A DNA stretch of 28,028 nt. It comes from a virus (lineage: Duplodnaviria; Caudoviricetes). A program made the position numbers and the translations under genes. The DNA is taken from positions 1 through 28,028 of IMG/VR virus record IMGVR_UViG_3300020044_005424. The stretch is one strand, 5' to 3'. Shown piece by piece: positions 17,234-25,282 of the stretch. Under the pieces are notes generated by a model. The model was not told the origin of the DNA and did no database searches. It saw only the letters and a list, made by a program, of their open reading frames with translations. The first letter of the stretch is position 1. Each line of letters starts with the position of its first letter.

Positions 17234-19993
17234 TTATTTCTGTGATATAATTGCACGGTTAGAAACCGCTCCTGATATTTTAACGGAATGCACCTTGGGG
17301 GAGCCTAGAGTTCTTGTCAAGATCATAGTTCCCGTATAGCCGCGAATGCCACCAAGTCTGCATCTAATTGTTGCAGTTTCAGATTCCCCGGCCGAGTTTG
17401 CTTGTACAACATCACCTCCAACTAATTGGTATTGCTGTCCAGTTGGAGTATTTACAATTTCGTATCTTCCTCCAAAAAAGTTGGTTGTAGTTCCAATGGG
17501 ATAAGATGAATCTGGATCTTCCGCCGCAAATGCAATTTGGTATTCAGCTATATCTCCAGCGAGTGCTTGCATTTGTATTTGAGCATCCGTAAACCTTTTG
17601 CGCTCTTGAGTCCCAAAGTCGTACCCACGGGTAGTTAGAGAGGCGTTGATTGGCTCAGAATCAATAGTAGCACTACCAAACTCGGCTGAAATGCTATCCG
17701 CTGGAGAGTCAACTGCCTCCATCTTGTGGATGCCACCACTAGACGACACGGCATAAAGGTCATTTCGCACTCCAGCCCCAGCGGCTACAAAGTCTGTGAT
17801 CAAAAACCCAGAACTTCCGTAAGTGTCGAGCGACTCCCAGCCTTTATTCAAAAAATTGAATACCAAAATAGCGTTGTTCCCTAACGCATCGTCAGCACCC
17901 GCTACGGAATCCAGCGGAACCGCGAGGTAGTATCTGTTGTCGTAGTAAACCGCAGTAGCATTTCCAGCTAGTCTGGCGTTGATGCGGTCAATATATGGCT
18001 GGATGTTCTTGGAAAGTGGTTCCTCAGTGCCACGAAGGTTGTAATCGTTAAAGAAGGTGAGGGCGTAAACCCCGTTATCAGACAGGAACATCAAGTTGTT
18101 GGCTTGCATCACCACGGACTTGCGAGCCAAACAGCCCACCTCACTGGTTAGTTCTTTAACTACGGTGTCTGCAAGGCTCCCTTGAGTACCGACAACCGCA
18201 TGGATGCTGTTGCGATTCATTACCACCAATGCATCGTCGTAGTACCCGTGCATAGCCACGGTATAATCGGCAGTGCCACCAGAAATACGGAATTGATTCA
18301 GCACCCGATCATATGTATTGCTGTCCAAGATGTCAGACGCAATGATCTCGTCGGAAATTCCACGATTTGTGTAAGTCGAAGCCGTCAATGTGCCACCATT
18401 TTCGTACAGATATGGCATCCACAGGCGGCGTTGGAAGTAGGTAGCCCAAGGTGGGCCGGGCATATAAGAGAAGCCAAGGCCAATAGACTCCTGTTGTGAG
18501 TAGTGGATTGTGTGAGTCCCGTTAGGTTCGCTAGTAAAAAACTGCCAAGTATTGTATGTTGGAAGTGCTGAAACATTCAAAATATCTCCAACATTAAGAA
18601 CTTCAAAAACGGACATGGTTTTAGCCAACCTTAATGACTGGCCAATAGAGAATGGGTTATCTTGAAGTGCCGTAAATGCGTACTCGGTATCAGGAAAAAA
18701 TGAACCAGTCGCTAATGTAGCAACCTTGGTAGAACCATTATAATCATTAATTGTTCTTGTGGCTGCGGAAATCGAAAGAGTCGCGTTATTGTAGAAATCA
18801 TCTACTGGAGATGGGCTAAACCCATCATCGAAAAAAGATGGGAACTCAATAGTATTACTTTCCTTGCGAACCGTAGCTCCAGTAACAGTGTAAGTGCCAA
18901 TAGCACCAGTAAGTGGAATTGTAAAAGTGGTGGTATTGGTAACCGTGACCACACGCACTCCGTTAGGGTCTGGCCCAGCGGATTGCGTTATCCCGCTAAT
19001 TAACACGGAGTTTCCAGTCGTCAATCCGTGAGCTGTTGATGTCACAATGGTAACGATGTTTGTACCAGCAGTAGCACTTGAAACATTATAAGAAATCCCA
19101 ACACCTTTAGCAATACCGCTAGACAACTGGTAGTCACCAGCAACTAATGTGATGGTGGCTGTCCCATTATTCATGGTAATATTGTTGTTACCATTGTAAT
19201 CCTTGCCTGCTTGGTATGGGCCTCCTGGAACCTTTATGAATTGTGTGTCAATCCCATCCCATTGCAATGCAGACTGCCCACCACGGAAGATAATCACCTT
19301 GTCGAAGACCTGCAGCATCGAAACCTCAACCCCAGCATCCAAAGTAATACCAGTAGGGAAGGTCAAATCTGTGACCCCTTCTGTGCCTGTAGCAGCTAAC
19401 TTAGAAACATCGATCTTCTTAACCCCAGCATTCGTCGCCACAAGGATATACTCCTTATTGGTTTCATTGGGATTACTGAACAAGCAAGAAGCACGAACAT
19501 CGGAAACCACATCGTCATTGATTAAGGTTGCACTAAGCGTGCCAGTCTGGTCACTGATAGTCGTAAGACCAGTCACAACGCAGCTCATGGTGTTTGCGTC
19601 AACATAGGTCAACTCACGCACACCGTTAATCGTAACATTGCCAGCAAGCCCAGAGATTGTAGCATAACCAGTACTGCCAGCCGCAAACCCATGTCCAGTA
19701 ATTGTAAGGCTCAACACCTCATCTAGAACCGAGGCAGCTGTAATGCTCTTGCTGGTATTGATTAAATAGAACGGCAGCCGCAACGGGGTGCCTGCAGTAG
19801 TCAGACTGGTCTTCTGGGCAATGACTGCCTTACGAGGCTTCCAGTAACCCTCCATCCGCCCGTTAAGGCTCTCCCTAACCTCACCTTCCTTCAACTGGTT
19901 GAGCTGAAGCCTACGGTTCACACCATAGAACCCACGATCACCCGCATCGGCAATCGCGTCATCTAACCCACCAGTAGACCTGAACTGGGACAT
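17234..19993 (-). CDS. Tail nozzle/stabilisation protein (P22 gp10 / T7 gp12-like) with inserted beta domains
   Basis: 919 aa beta-rich; YFQRRLW, EVGCLARKSV, FLSDNGVY, PLSKNIQP, YDNRYYLAVP motifs; inserted 'TAHGL' and 'GHGF' beta modules. Confidence 0.75.
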   Translation of the reverse strand: MSQFRSTGGLDDAIADAGDRGFYGVNRRLQLNQLKEGEVRESLNGRMEGYWKPRKAVIAQKTSLTTAGTPLRLPFYLINTSKSITAASVLDEVLSLTITGHGFAAGSTGYATISGLAGNVTINGVRELTYVDANTMSCVVTGLTTISDQTGTLSATLINDDVVSDVRASCLFSNPNETNKEYILVATNAGVKKIDVSKLAATGTEGVTDLTFPTGITLDAGVEVSMLQVFDKVIIFRGGQSALQWDGIDTQFIKVPGGPYQAGKDYNGNNNITMNNGTATITLVAGDYQLSSGIAKGVGISYNVSSATAGTNIVTIVTSTAHGLTTGNSVLISGITQSAGPDPNGVRVVTVTNTTTFTIPLTGAIGTYTVTGATVRKESNTIEFPSFFDDGFSPSPVDDFYNNATLSISAATRTINDYNGSTKVATLATGSFFPDTEYAFTALQDNPFSIGQSLRLAKTMSVFEVLNVGDILNVSALPTYNTWQFFTSEPNGTHTIHYSQQESIGLGFSYMPGPPWATYFQRRLWMPYLYENGGTLTASTYTNRGISDEIIASDILDSNTYDRVLNQFRISGGTADYTVAMHGYYDDALVVMNRNSIHAVVGTQGSLADTVVKELTSEVGCLARKSVVMQANNLMFLSDNGVYALTFFNDYNLRGTEEPLSKNIQPYIDRINARLAGNATAVYYDNRYYLAVPLDSVAGADDALGNNAILVFNFLNKGWESLDTYGSSGFLITDFVAAGAGVRNDLYAVSSSGGIHKMEAVDSPADSISAEFGSATIDSEPINASLTTRGYDFGTQERKRFTDAQIQMQALAGDIAEYQIAFAAEDPDSSYPIGTTTNFFGGRYEIVNTPTGQQYQLVGGDVVQANSAGESETATIRCRLGGIRGYTGTMILTRTLGSPKVHSVKISGAVSNRAIISQK

Positions 19994-20247
19994 TAAGCGC
20001 GGTAACCAATAACAACACCAGAAGCAAGCGTAAAGCCAGTGATGTTGCCACCAATGCCAATACCCGCAGGGATAGAGACACCAACCAACTTCGCGCTAGC
20101 ATTCGTGATGTTTGGCGCAGTAAACACAGAGAAATTAGTGTCACCAACAGTCTGAACCCAACGGAATGGGCCAACAGCCACATCCGTACCAGAGTACACC
20201 TGTCCGCCGCCTTGACCTTGAAGATCGTATGAATCGCCTCGTGGCAT
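19993..20247 (-). CDS. Small beta-rich hypothetical virion protein
   Basis: 84 aa, first gene of the minus-strand operon, TAATG overlap with the nozzle gene. Confidence 0.7.
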   Translation of the reverse strand: MPRGDSYDLQGQGGGQVYSGTDVAVGPFRWVQTVGDTNFSVFTAPNITNASAKLVGVSIPAGIGIGGNITGFTLASGVVIGYRA

Positions 20248-20294
20248 AATATAAATAAGTTTCTAAGCACAAGTCCATCTCGCGCTCACACAAC

Positions 20295-20324
20295 CAATTA
20301 CCACAACACCACACATAATGTCAA
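20295..20324 (-). promoter_or_regulatory. Candidate promoter of the virion operon
   Basis: Perfect TTGACA at 20324-20319, then 17 nt to GTAATT. Confidence 0.5.
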
Positions 20325-21147
20325 CCATAAACACAAATGTTACCTATCTGGCACATTTAAGCACAATACACTAGACCTATCCACAAATAACCCCGAACGG
20401 GAACCAACCCACTAACGACGAACCACACCCACAATCTCCAATAGTAGGTAACTGCCCAATTGTAGGAATTTTTGTGGGGCTGGTTTATGGATAGCAATGA
20501 TAAAAATATTTCCGACTCGACCCCCTCCCCCCTGTTCATGTGCGCAGTGTTCATGTGTGCAATGCGGGCAATGTAAACGATCGTTTAAGTCATGCACTTG
20601 GCTTGTGGATTGGCAGTGCCGGAATCATGAGTAACGCGCTAATGTTAGAGCATACAATCTGTAGTGGATTGCTAAGGTATTAGCCTGGCGCGCGCTGCAT
20701 CTTGTGGCTTGGAATTGTTCACACTTATTCACAGAACAAACTTCTGGACAAGTTTTGCATTCTCTGTGTAGAATCCTGCCGGAGGCGGAAGGGAAGCCAT
20801 TACATTACGCTTTCCCCTAGGCTGACCGATGCGAGACATCTTGTCTTTGTCATGCGCACGGTGATTGTTTCTCTTGAATAGGTGAACGGATATTCTGATG
20901 GGTTTCGCTTCGCTCTTATTCTCTCCGCTTCACTTCATCGCCTCACCTTTATAGGGAATGACTAGCGGCTCTGAAGCTTGGTTCCCTAGTGGTTTGCTTT
21001 CCCTAGGGCTTGAAAGTTAACGCTGGCCATGAGATTTGTTCATTGCTTGTGGTTGAGGGAAACTCTTGGAAATAAAGGGTTTCGTGGCTTGTCAATCTTA
21101 TTTCGATGAATTGTTGAAATATATTTTCAAGTTGTTGGCATTTTTTA

Positions 21148-21176
21148 TTGGCAATGTTCTCGCCATGTTCTAGATT
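21148..21176 (+). promoter_or_regulatory. Early promoter
   Basis: TTGGCA-N17-TAGATT preceded by AT-rich sequence, upstream of the first early ORF. Confidence 0.55.
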
Positions 21177-21227
21177 GATTCCGTTGCCAGCAAACAAGGC
21201 ACACTCCAACAATAACCAAATACAACG

Positions 21228-21389
21228 ATGAAACAAGCATTCCCACTTCCATCACGAGCCGAACTTGATTCGGCATTTGTTGCAATATATCGCTCCGACA
21301 TGCCGCACATCCACAAGCAGACTTTGCTTGTCTTGATGGAACGCGCAAAGCGTGAGGCAGACCGCAAGCTCGCAAAGCTCTCCAAATAA
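21228..21389 (+). CDS. Early hypothetical protein (53 aa)
   Basis: Not in ORF track. MKQAFPLPSRAELDSAFVAIYRSDMPHIHKQTLLVLMERAKREADRKLAKLSK; A/C-rich leader. Confidence 0.65.
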   Translation: MKQAFPLPSRAELDSAFVAIYRSDMPHIHKQTLLVLMERAKREADRKLAKLSK

Positions 21390-21408
21390 CCAGAACCAAA
21401 CAATCAAT

Positions 21409-21597
21409 ATGAAACCAACCCGCACAATTCACATCAACGGATGGGAAATCAACAAATACGAGAACTATAGCAAGGTTCGTTATGTTGCGACTTACCGAAA
21501 CGAGCTTGGAGAAATCGTAAAAGATTTTTCAAGGCAAAAACTTTCAGCCGTCAAAGAAATTATTAAGCTTCAGAAAGCTTTCTCTGAAATCGCATAA
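21409..21597 (+). CDS. Early hypothetical protein (62 aa)
   Basis: Track ORF 21352..21597 re-started at ATG 21409 (MKPTRTIHING...), which follows an A/C-rich leader. Confidence 0.65.
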   Translation: MKPTRTIHINGWEINKYENYSKVRYVATYRNELGEIVKDFSRQKLSAVKEIIKLQKAFSEIA

Positions 21598-21619
21598 TCA
21601 CCAACCAGAACCAACCAAT

Positions 21620-21781
21620 ATGAACCAATACAAAGCTACAACGCGCGTACCTCACATCTCCGAGCCCTTTGTGGATTGGTACAATGCGGAGACGGAGGAA
21701 CAAGCCCGCGCAATGTGGTCATGTGACCGCGAAACCTATGGCTTGCCAGTAGATGCAAGCGTCAAATTTGAAAAGCAATAA
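21620..21781 (+). CDS. Early hypothetical protein (53 aa)
   Basis: Not in track. MNQYKATTRVPHISEPFVDWYNAETEEQARAMWSCDRETYGLPVDASVKFEKQ. Confidence 0.65.
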   Translation: MNQYKATTRVPHISEPFVDWYNAETEEQARAMWSCDRETYGLPVDASVKFEKQ

Positions 21782-21807
21782 CAAACCAAACCAAACCAAA
21801 CAACGAT

Positions 21808-21945
21808 ATGACAACGAACAAACTCCGTAGATATTTCATTGACTCAATGCAAGAAGGACTTGCAAGTGTTTCAGATGCTCGCTTTTCACGCTTGGCGCGC
21901 GCCGTGGCGTATTTGAATCAACGCATGGAAAGGGGGGTGGCATGA
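21808..21945 (+). CDS. Early hypothetical protein (45 aa)
   Basis: Not in track. MTTNKLRRYFIDSMQEGLASVSDARFSRLARAVAYLNQRMERGVA; ATGA overlap with next gene. Confidence 0.65.
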   Translation: MTTNKLRRYFIDSMQEGLASVSDARFSRLARAVAYLNQRMERGVA

Positions 21946-22208
21946 ACACACTTGCCACGCTTAAGCATCACGTCACGGGCGCAATCGAACGCGGAGAGGC
22001 GCAAGCCATTGTTGAGATGCCTTGCAAGCCATGGCATGACTTTTCCGAGCTTGTCGGGGCAATCCGCAATTGTGAGACGCGCAAGCAATTTGACCGCATG
22101 GAAAGCCTATGTGATAAGGCGTATCACGGCGGGGCAATCACGGCAAAGCAACTGGCAAAGTTGGACGGTTTGCAAGCGGATTGCATGATTGAAAGGGGGG
22201 TGATTTGA
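21942..22208 (+). CDS. Early hypothetical protein
   Basis: 88-aa ORF, coupled at both ends. Confidence 0.7.
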   Translation: MNTLATLKHHVTGAIERGEAQAIVEMPCKPWHDFSELVGAIRNCETRKQFDRMESLCDKAYHGGAITAKQLAKLDGLQADCMIERGVI

Positions 22209-22342
22209 AAACATCCGACCTTTTCCTTGCCGTTGCCCTTGTGGCATTGCTTGCCCTGGCCATTGCCGTCACAAGCGGCGTGCTTGGCGGCCCTTCAGAC
22301 TTGGAAATGTTCCAACGGGCTTCCGAGCCTTTCGCCCGCTGA
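22205..22342 (+). CDS. Small single-pass membrane protein (45 aa)
   Basis: Not in track. TTG start overlapping upstream TGA, purine-rich SD; MKTSDLFLAVALVALLALAIAVTSGVLGGPSDLEMFQRASEPFAR. Confidence 0.6.
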   Translation: MKTSDLFLAVALVALLALAIAVTSGVLGGPSDLEMFQRASEPFAR

Positions 22343-22389
22343 AAATAAATCAAAAATCCGCTTGAATTGCTAATAGGTGTGCATAAACT
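22342..22389 (+). promoter_or_regulatory. Second early promoter
   Basis: A-tracts, TTGAAT 22362-22367, 16 nt, TAAACT 22384-22389; same layout as the promoter at 1151. Confidence 0.55.
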
Positions 22390-22392
22390 ACA

Positions 22393-22442
22393 AGTCGAAA
22401 CCGCGTAAGCGGTCTGCCAGTAATGCTGGCACTGATGAGACT
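22393..22442 (+). ncRNA. Type II hammerhead ribozyme
   Basis: AGTC-GAAA-CCGC(GTAA)GCGG-TC-TGCCAGT(AAT)GCTGGCA-CTGATGA-GACT: complete catalytic core, stems III and I closed, stem II open; predicted cleavage after GUC at 22414. Confidence 0.93.
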
Positions 22443-22482
22443 ACAACAAAACAACAACAACAACAACGAAAGGAAAACAACG

Positions 22483-22845
22483 ATGAAAAAAACAATGACC
22501 ACAAGCGATATCGCACATGAATTGATCGACGATGGAAACGCGAATTGGAGCCGTGCGGGTGCATTTGCCCTTGCCGAATACCTCGAAGAACTCGAAGAGA
22601 GCACGGGCGAGGAGATGGAGTTTGACCATGTGGCAATTCGATGCGAGTGGAGCGAATATGCCGACCTGGAAACTTGGCTCTCCGAATACTACGCCCGCCC
22701 GATTCCCGCCGCCTACGAATCCGCCGGCATCGATCTGGACGGTGAGGAAGACGAGGAGGAAAAAAAAGAGTTGATTCGCTCGCACATTCAAGACCACGGG
22801 ACTCTGATTGAGTTCAACGGCGGAATCGTCGTCTCGTCATTCTAA
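22483..22845 (+). CDS. Highly acidic early protein (possible DNA mimic)
   Basis: Re-started at ATG 22483; ALAEYLEELEESTGEEMEFDHVAIRCEWSEY; strong D/E excess. Confidence 0.7.
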   Translation: MKKTMTTSDIAHELIDDGNANWSRAGAFALAEYLEELEESTGEEMEFDHVAIRCEWSEYADLETWLSEYYARPIPAAYESAGIDLDGEEDEEEKKELIRSHIQDHGTLIEFNGGIVVSSF

Positions 22846-22863
22846 CCCTAACCCACCGAAACT

Positions 22864-23067
22864 ATGAAAACGAAAACGCAAAAACCCGCGCTCACCCTTG
22901 CGGGGGAGTTTCAAAAAGGTCTTGAAAGCGGGGAGTATCCACACCCCGAAAATACCCTAAAAGCAATCTCGGCAATCGTCCGAAAATCCACCGAGCCGCT
23001 TGTCCGCGCCTACTGGTCGGGGTACTTGTGCAAACTCACGCCCGATCAAATGAACATAGAAAACTAA
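22864..23067 (+). CDS. Early hypothetical protein
   Basis: 67-aa ORF with A/C-rich leader. Confidence 0.65.
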   Translation: MKTKTQKPALTLAGEFQKGLESGEYPHPENTLKAISAIVRKSTEPLVRAYWSGYLCKLTPDQMNIEN

Positions 23068-23079
23068 CCCACCGAAAAA

Positions 23080-23193
23080 ATGAACACACACAAACACACG
23101 CAAGGCCCCTGGTGCATCCACCGGGCATATGAGCGATCAAGACTTGCAAAACGCCCTCGCTGTCATTGCCAAGGTGAAAGGGGGGCGGCATGA
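23080..23193 (+). pseudogene. Probable internally deleted remnant of an 'HTPGPW' phage gene
   Basis: Starts MNTHKHTQGPW; another frame carries DLQNALAVIAKVKGG, resembling the usual C-terminus of this family; the middle is absent. Confidence 0.4.
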
Positions 23194-23342
23194 CTGAATC
23201 ATGGGTTATCATCGACAAGCAAACGGGAAAGGCCGTGGCGGAAATTTACGATCCGCGCAAGGTTGCATTATTGAAACCCGACTTTTACGCCGTGCCAGTG
23301 GAAACCTACTTGCAAAGCATAAACGGAAAGGGCAAGCCATGA
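23190..23342 (+). CDS. Early hypothetical protein (50 aa)
   Basis: Not in track. MTESWVIIDKQTGKAVAEIYDPRKVALLKPDFYAVPVETYLQSINGKGKP; ATGA overlaps at both ends. Confidence 0.7.
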   Translation: MTESWVIIDKQTGKAVAEIYDPRKVALLKPDFYAVPVETYLQSINGKGKP

Positions 23343-23653
23343 GCCGGCCACAATGGGAAAACGATGCGCTTCTCGCGATCATGCGCGATGGGGTGGCGAT
23401 TGAGGATGCGCCTTGGGTGCTTGAATGCATCCAGAAAGCGGTAAATGACATCGCAGAAATGGACGATGCCGACCGATTCCCGCTTTACATGGAATACCAC
23501 GAAAATGACCGAGCGGCATTGTGCAACCTGGACGCTGAAGCGTTCTCGGATGTACTAGCATGCCTTGGCATTGACTTGCACCGATTGGAGACGCTATGGG
23601 AGCGAAAACACCTTGACCCGCCGACTGACGATGTTGACTGGTCTATGGAGTAA
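23339..23653 (+). CDS. Acidic hypothetical protein
   Basis: Track ORF 23201..23653 re-started at the coupled ATG 23339 (MSRPQWEND...). Confidence 0.7.
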   Translation: MSRPQWENDALLAIMRDGVAIEDAPWVLECIQKAVNDIAEMDDADRFPLYMEYHENDRAALCNLDAEAFSDVLACLGIDLHRLETLWERKHLDPPTDDVDWSME

Positions 23654-23673
23654 ACCACAAACGAAACGAAAAA

Positions 23674-23898
23674 ATGACACTTGAAAAAGCAAAACGAGAC
23701 GGAGCAAGGCATGACTATCAAATGGCAAGCTCTGCATTCAATGAGAGGATACACCTTATCACAAACCGCGACCCGTGGGGGCGTTATGCGTCCCTAATGG
23801 TGGGGTGCTACGGGGTGAACATCGAGCGGCGAGAGGTTGCGAAAATGCTTCGCCATTGCCGCAGAATCGAAAGATCAAATGGAAAGGTGGCGGCATGA
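23674..23898 (+). CDS. Hypothetical protein
   Basis: 74-aa ORF, A/C-rich leader, ATGA overlap downstream. Confidence 0.65.
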   Translation: MTLEKAKRDGARHDYQMASSAFNERIHLITNRDPWGRYASLMVGCYGVNIERREVAKMLRHCRRIERSNGKVAA

Positions 23899-24332
23899 AA
23901 AAATTCAAACTAGAAAGGTGGAATTCCAACCTTGAAAAACAACTTGGATCTATGGGTGTACCAATGCAAGTTGCATACTGGGGCGATCTTGTAGTAGTGA
24001 CCAGAAGGTGCGCACAAGAGATGTTCAAAAGGGGGATGATCACGGGCGCAAGAAATTGCCGCTTTGGTGATTCCGACAAGCGAGTGTTTGAAGATAGGCA
24101 AAGGCAACGCATGGAGTCTGGCGCATCAATTGACATTTGCGTCAGACCATCTGGAAAACCTGGGACATGGATGATTTCGAGCAAGTCAATGAACTACGAA
24201 GCCCCATCAACAAATCCCGCTAGAGATATGATGTTGCTTACTAATGAATGGTGGGAGATGATCGATCATGGAGATGGTTCATTTGAACACCAATGCGCTG
24301 GGGAATGGAGAATGGAAACACCAACCATATGA
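23895..24332 (+). CDS. Hypothetical protein
   Basis: Track ORF 23775..24332 re-started at the coupled ATG 23895 (MKKFKLERW...). Confidence 0.65.
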   Translation: MKKFKLERWNSNLEKQLGSMGVPMQVAYWGDLVVVTRRCAQEMFKRGMITGARNCRFGDSDKRVFEDRQRQRMESGASIDICVRPSGKPGTWMISSKSMNYEAPSTNPARDMMLLTNEWWEMIDHGDGSFEHQCAGEWRMETPTI

Positions 24333-24517
24333 AAAAGCAAATGATCTTGGCCTTGACTATCTTCGGTCACCTATTCCTTTTCCTTTTCGTGGATTCGCTA
24401 TTCGAAGCCCCGACAAGGTGGAAAATGTGGGCATTCTACGGCTCAAGCCTGCTATCCGTGGCGGTCTGGGGGGCATATGTGATCAAAGACGACATGGACG
24501 GAGGGGGAACCGCATGA
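24329..24517 (+). CDS. Small two-TM membrane protein
   Basis: MKKQMILALTIFGHLFLFLFVD...WAFYGSSLLSVAVWGAYVI; coupled at both ends. Confidence 0.65.
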   Translation: MKKQMILALTIFGHLFLFLFVDSLFEAPTRWKMWAFYGSSLLSVAVWGAYVIKDDMDGGGTA

Positions 24518-24870
24518 AAGTTAATTGGAAACTCTACGACGATCTGGAGGCGGACAAGTTCGCGTTTTTGGTTCGCATCGTGGCCGAAGTGTTTTCCGTC
24601 ACACCCGAACAAATCCTTTGCCGCTCACGATTCGCCCGATGGGTTGAGCCTCGGCAACTTGTGGCGACTATTTGGAGCGAAAACCATTCATTGCAGGAAA
24701 CAGGCTACAGGCTCGACCGGCATCACGGGGCGGTTATGCATGCACGGGAGCGGGTAAGGTTCTTGATCGAGCATGACGACCGATTCGCAGACAATGTGCG
24801 CGAGTGCCTCCAACGCCTAATAAACGAAGTCCCTATGGAAGAAGAAACCCCAAAAGAAAAAACAGCATGA
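24514..24870 (+). CDS. Stand-alone DnaA C-terminal (domain IV)-like HTH protein
   Basis: VAEVFSVTPEQILCRSRFARWVEPRQLV...SLQETGYRLDRHHGAVMHA parallels DnaA VAxxFxxxxxDLxSKxRxxxxxxPRQIAMY...SLxxIGxxFGRDHTTVxHA. True start is ATG 24514. Confidence 0.85.
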   Translation: MKVNWKLYDDLEADKFAFLVRIVAEVFSVTPEQILCRSRFARWVEPRQLVATIWSENHSLQETGYRLDRHHGAVMHARERVRFLIEHDDRFADNVRECLQRLINEVPMEEETPKEKTA

Positions 24871-25070
24871 GACGCAGACGCATCACGAAAGCCGACCTTG
24901 AGAAAAGGATTTCCGAACTCATAGCGGAAAACAAATACCTTCTGTCCATGTTTGAAATGACAGCGCGGAGACTCGATGCCTACAAAAAAGCCGATTATGA
25001 GCGGAAACTAAAGGAACCTCGTCCTAGGCACAGCTTGACAATAATAACAGGAAAGAAAAAAACACCATGA
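24867..25070 (+). CDS. Basic coiled-coil hypothetical protein
   Basis: Re-started at the coupled ATG 24867 (MRRRRITKADLEKR...). Confidence 0.65.
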   Translation: MRRRRITKADLEKRISELIAENKYLLSMFEMTARRLDAYKKADYERKLKEPRPRHSLTIITGKKKTP

Positions 25071-25282
25071 TTAAACTATTTAGCTTGCAAGAGATGGCAG
25101 ATGACTTGAAACTGCCTCCAGCTGTGGTTGCTCTCTGGGCTACTGATGGCTACATACCTTATGTAAGGAAGGATGGACTTCCTTTATTCGATCCCATCGC
25201 GGTGGGGACGCACATCGCAAAACAATTGAACGAACTAAACAAAATCGACGATGGAAACACAACAGACACAACCACAAACTGA
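25067..25282 (+). CDS. Excisionase/MerR-like winged-HTH protein
   Basis: LFSLQEMADDLKLPPAVVALWATDGYIPYVRKDGLPLFD pattern. Confidence 0.7.
   Translation: MIKLFSLQEMADDLKLPPAVVALWATDGYIPYVRKDGLPLFDPIAVGTHIAKQLNELNKIDDGNTTDTTTN

Larger units (their letters stand above)
20250..21227. other. Divergent non-coding control region (possible origin or packaging terminus)
   Basis: No credible ORF; coding strand switches here; C-tract 20521-20532, direct repeat 20533-20561, palindrome 20574-20587, DnaA-box-like 9-mers. Confidence 0.55.

Noticed and set aside
2231-19607. Many plus-strand and nested ORFs within the virion arm
   Set aside because: Antisense or off-frame shadows of well-supported minus-strand genes; no motifs.
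20650-20706. NrdR-box-like 15-mers (ATACAATCTGTAGTG, GCGCTGCATCTTGTG)
   Set aside because: Three to four mismatches each and no ribonucleotide reductase gene in the window.
20357-21432. Short minus-strand ORFs in and beside the control region
   Set aside because: Atypical composition, overlap repeats, promoters and better plus-strand genes.
22265-22279. GCCGTCACAAGCGGC resembling a twister P4 loop
   Set aside because: No upstream UAA cleavage strand or downstream pseudoknot partner; lies in a coding region.
22423-22482. N-terminal extension MLALMRLQQNNNNN of track ORF 22423..22845
   Set aside because: It is the hammerhead plus the A/C-rich leader; ATG 22483 fits the start pattern of neighbours.
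23625-23672. CTGACGA...GAAAC as a second hammerhead
   Set aside because: No stems I-III can be formed around it, and CTGACGA is in coding sequence.
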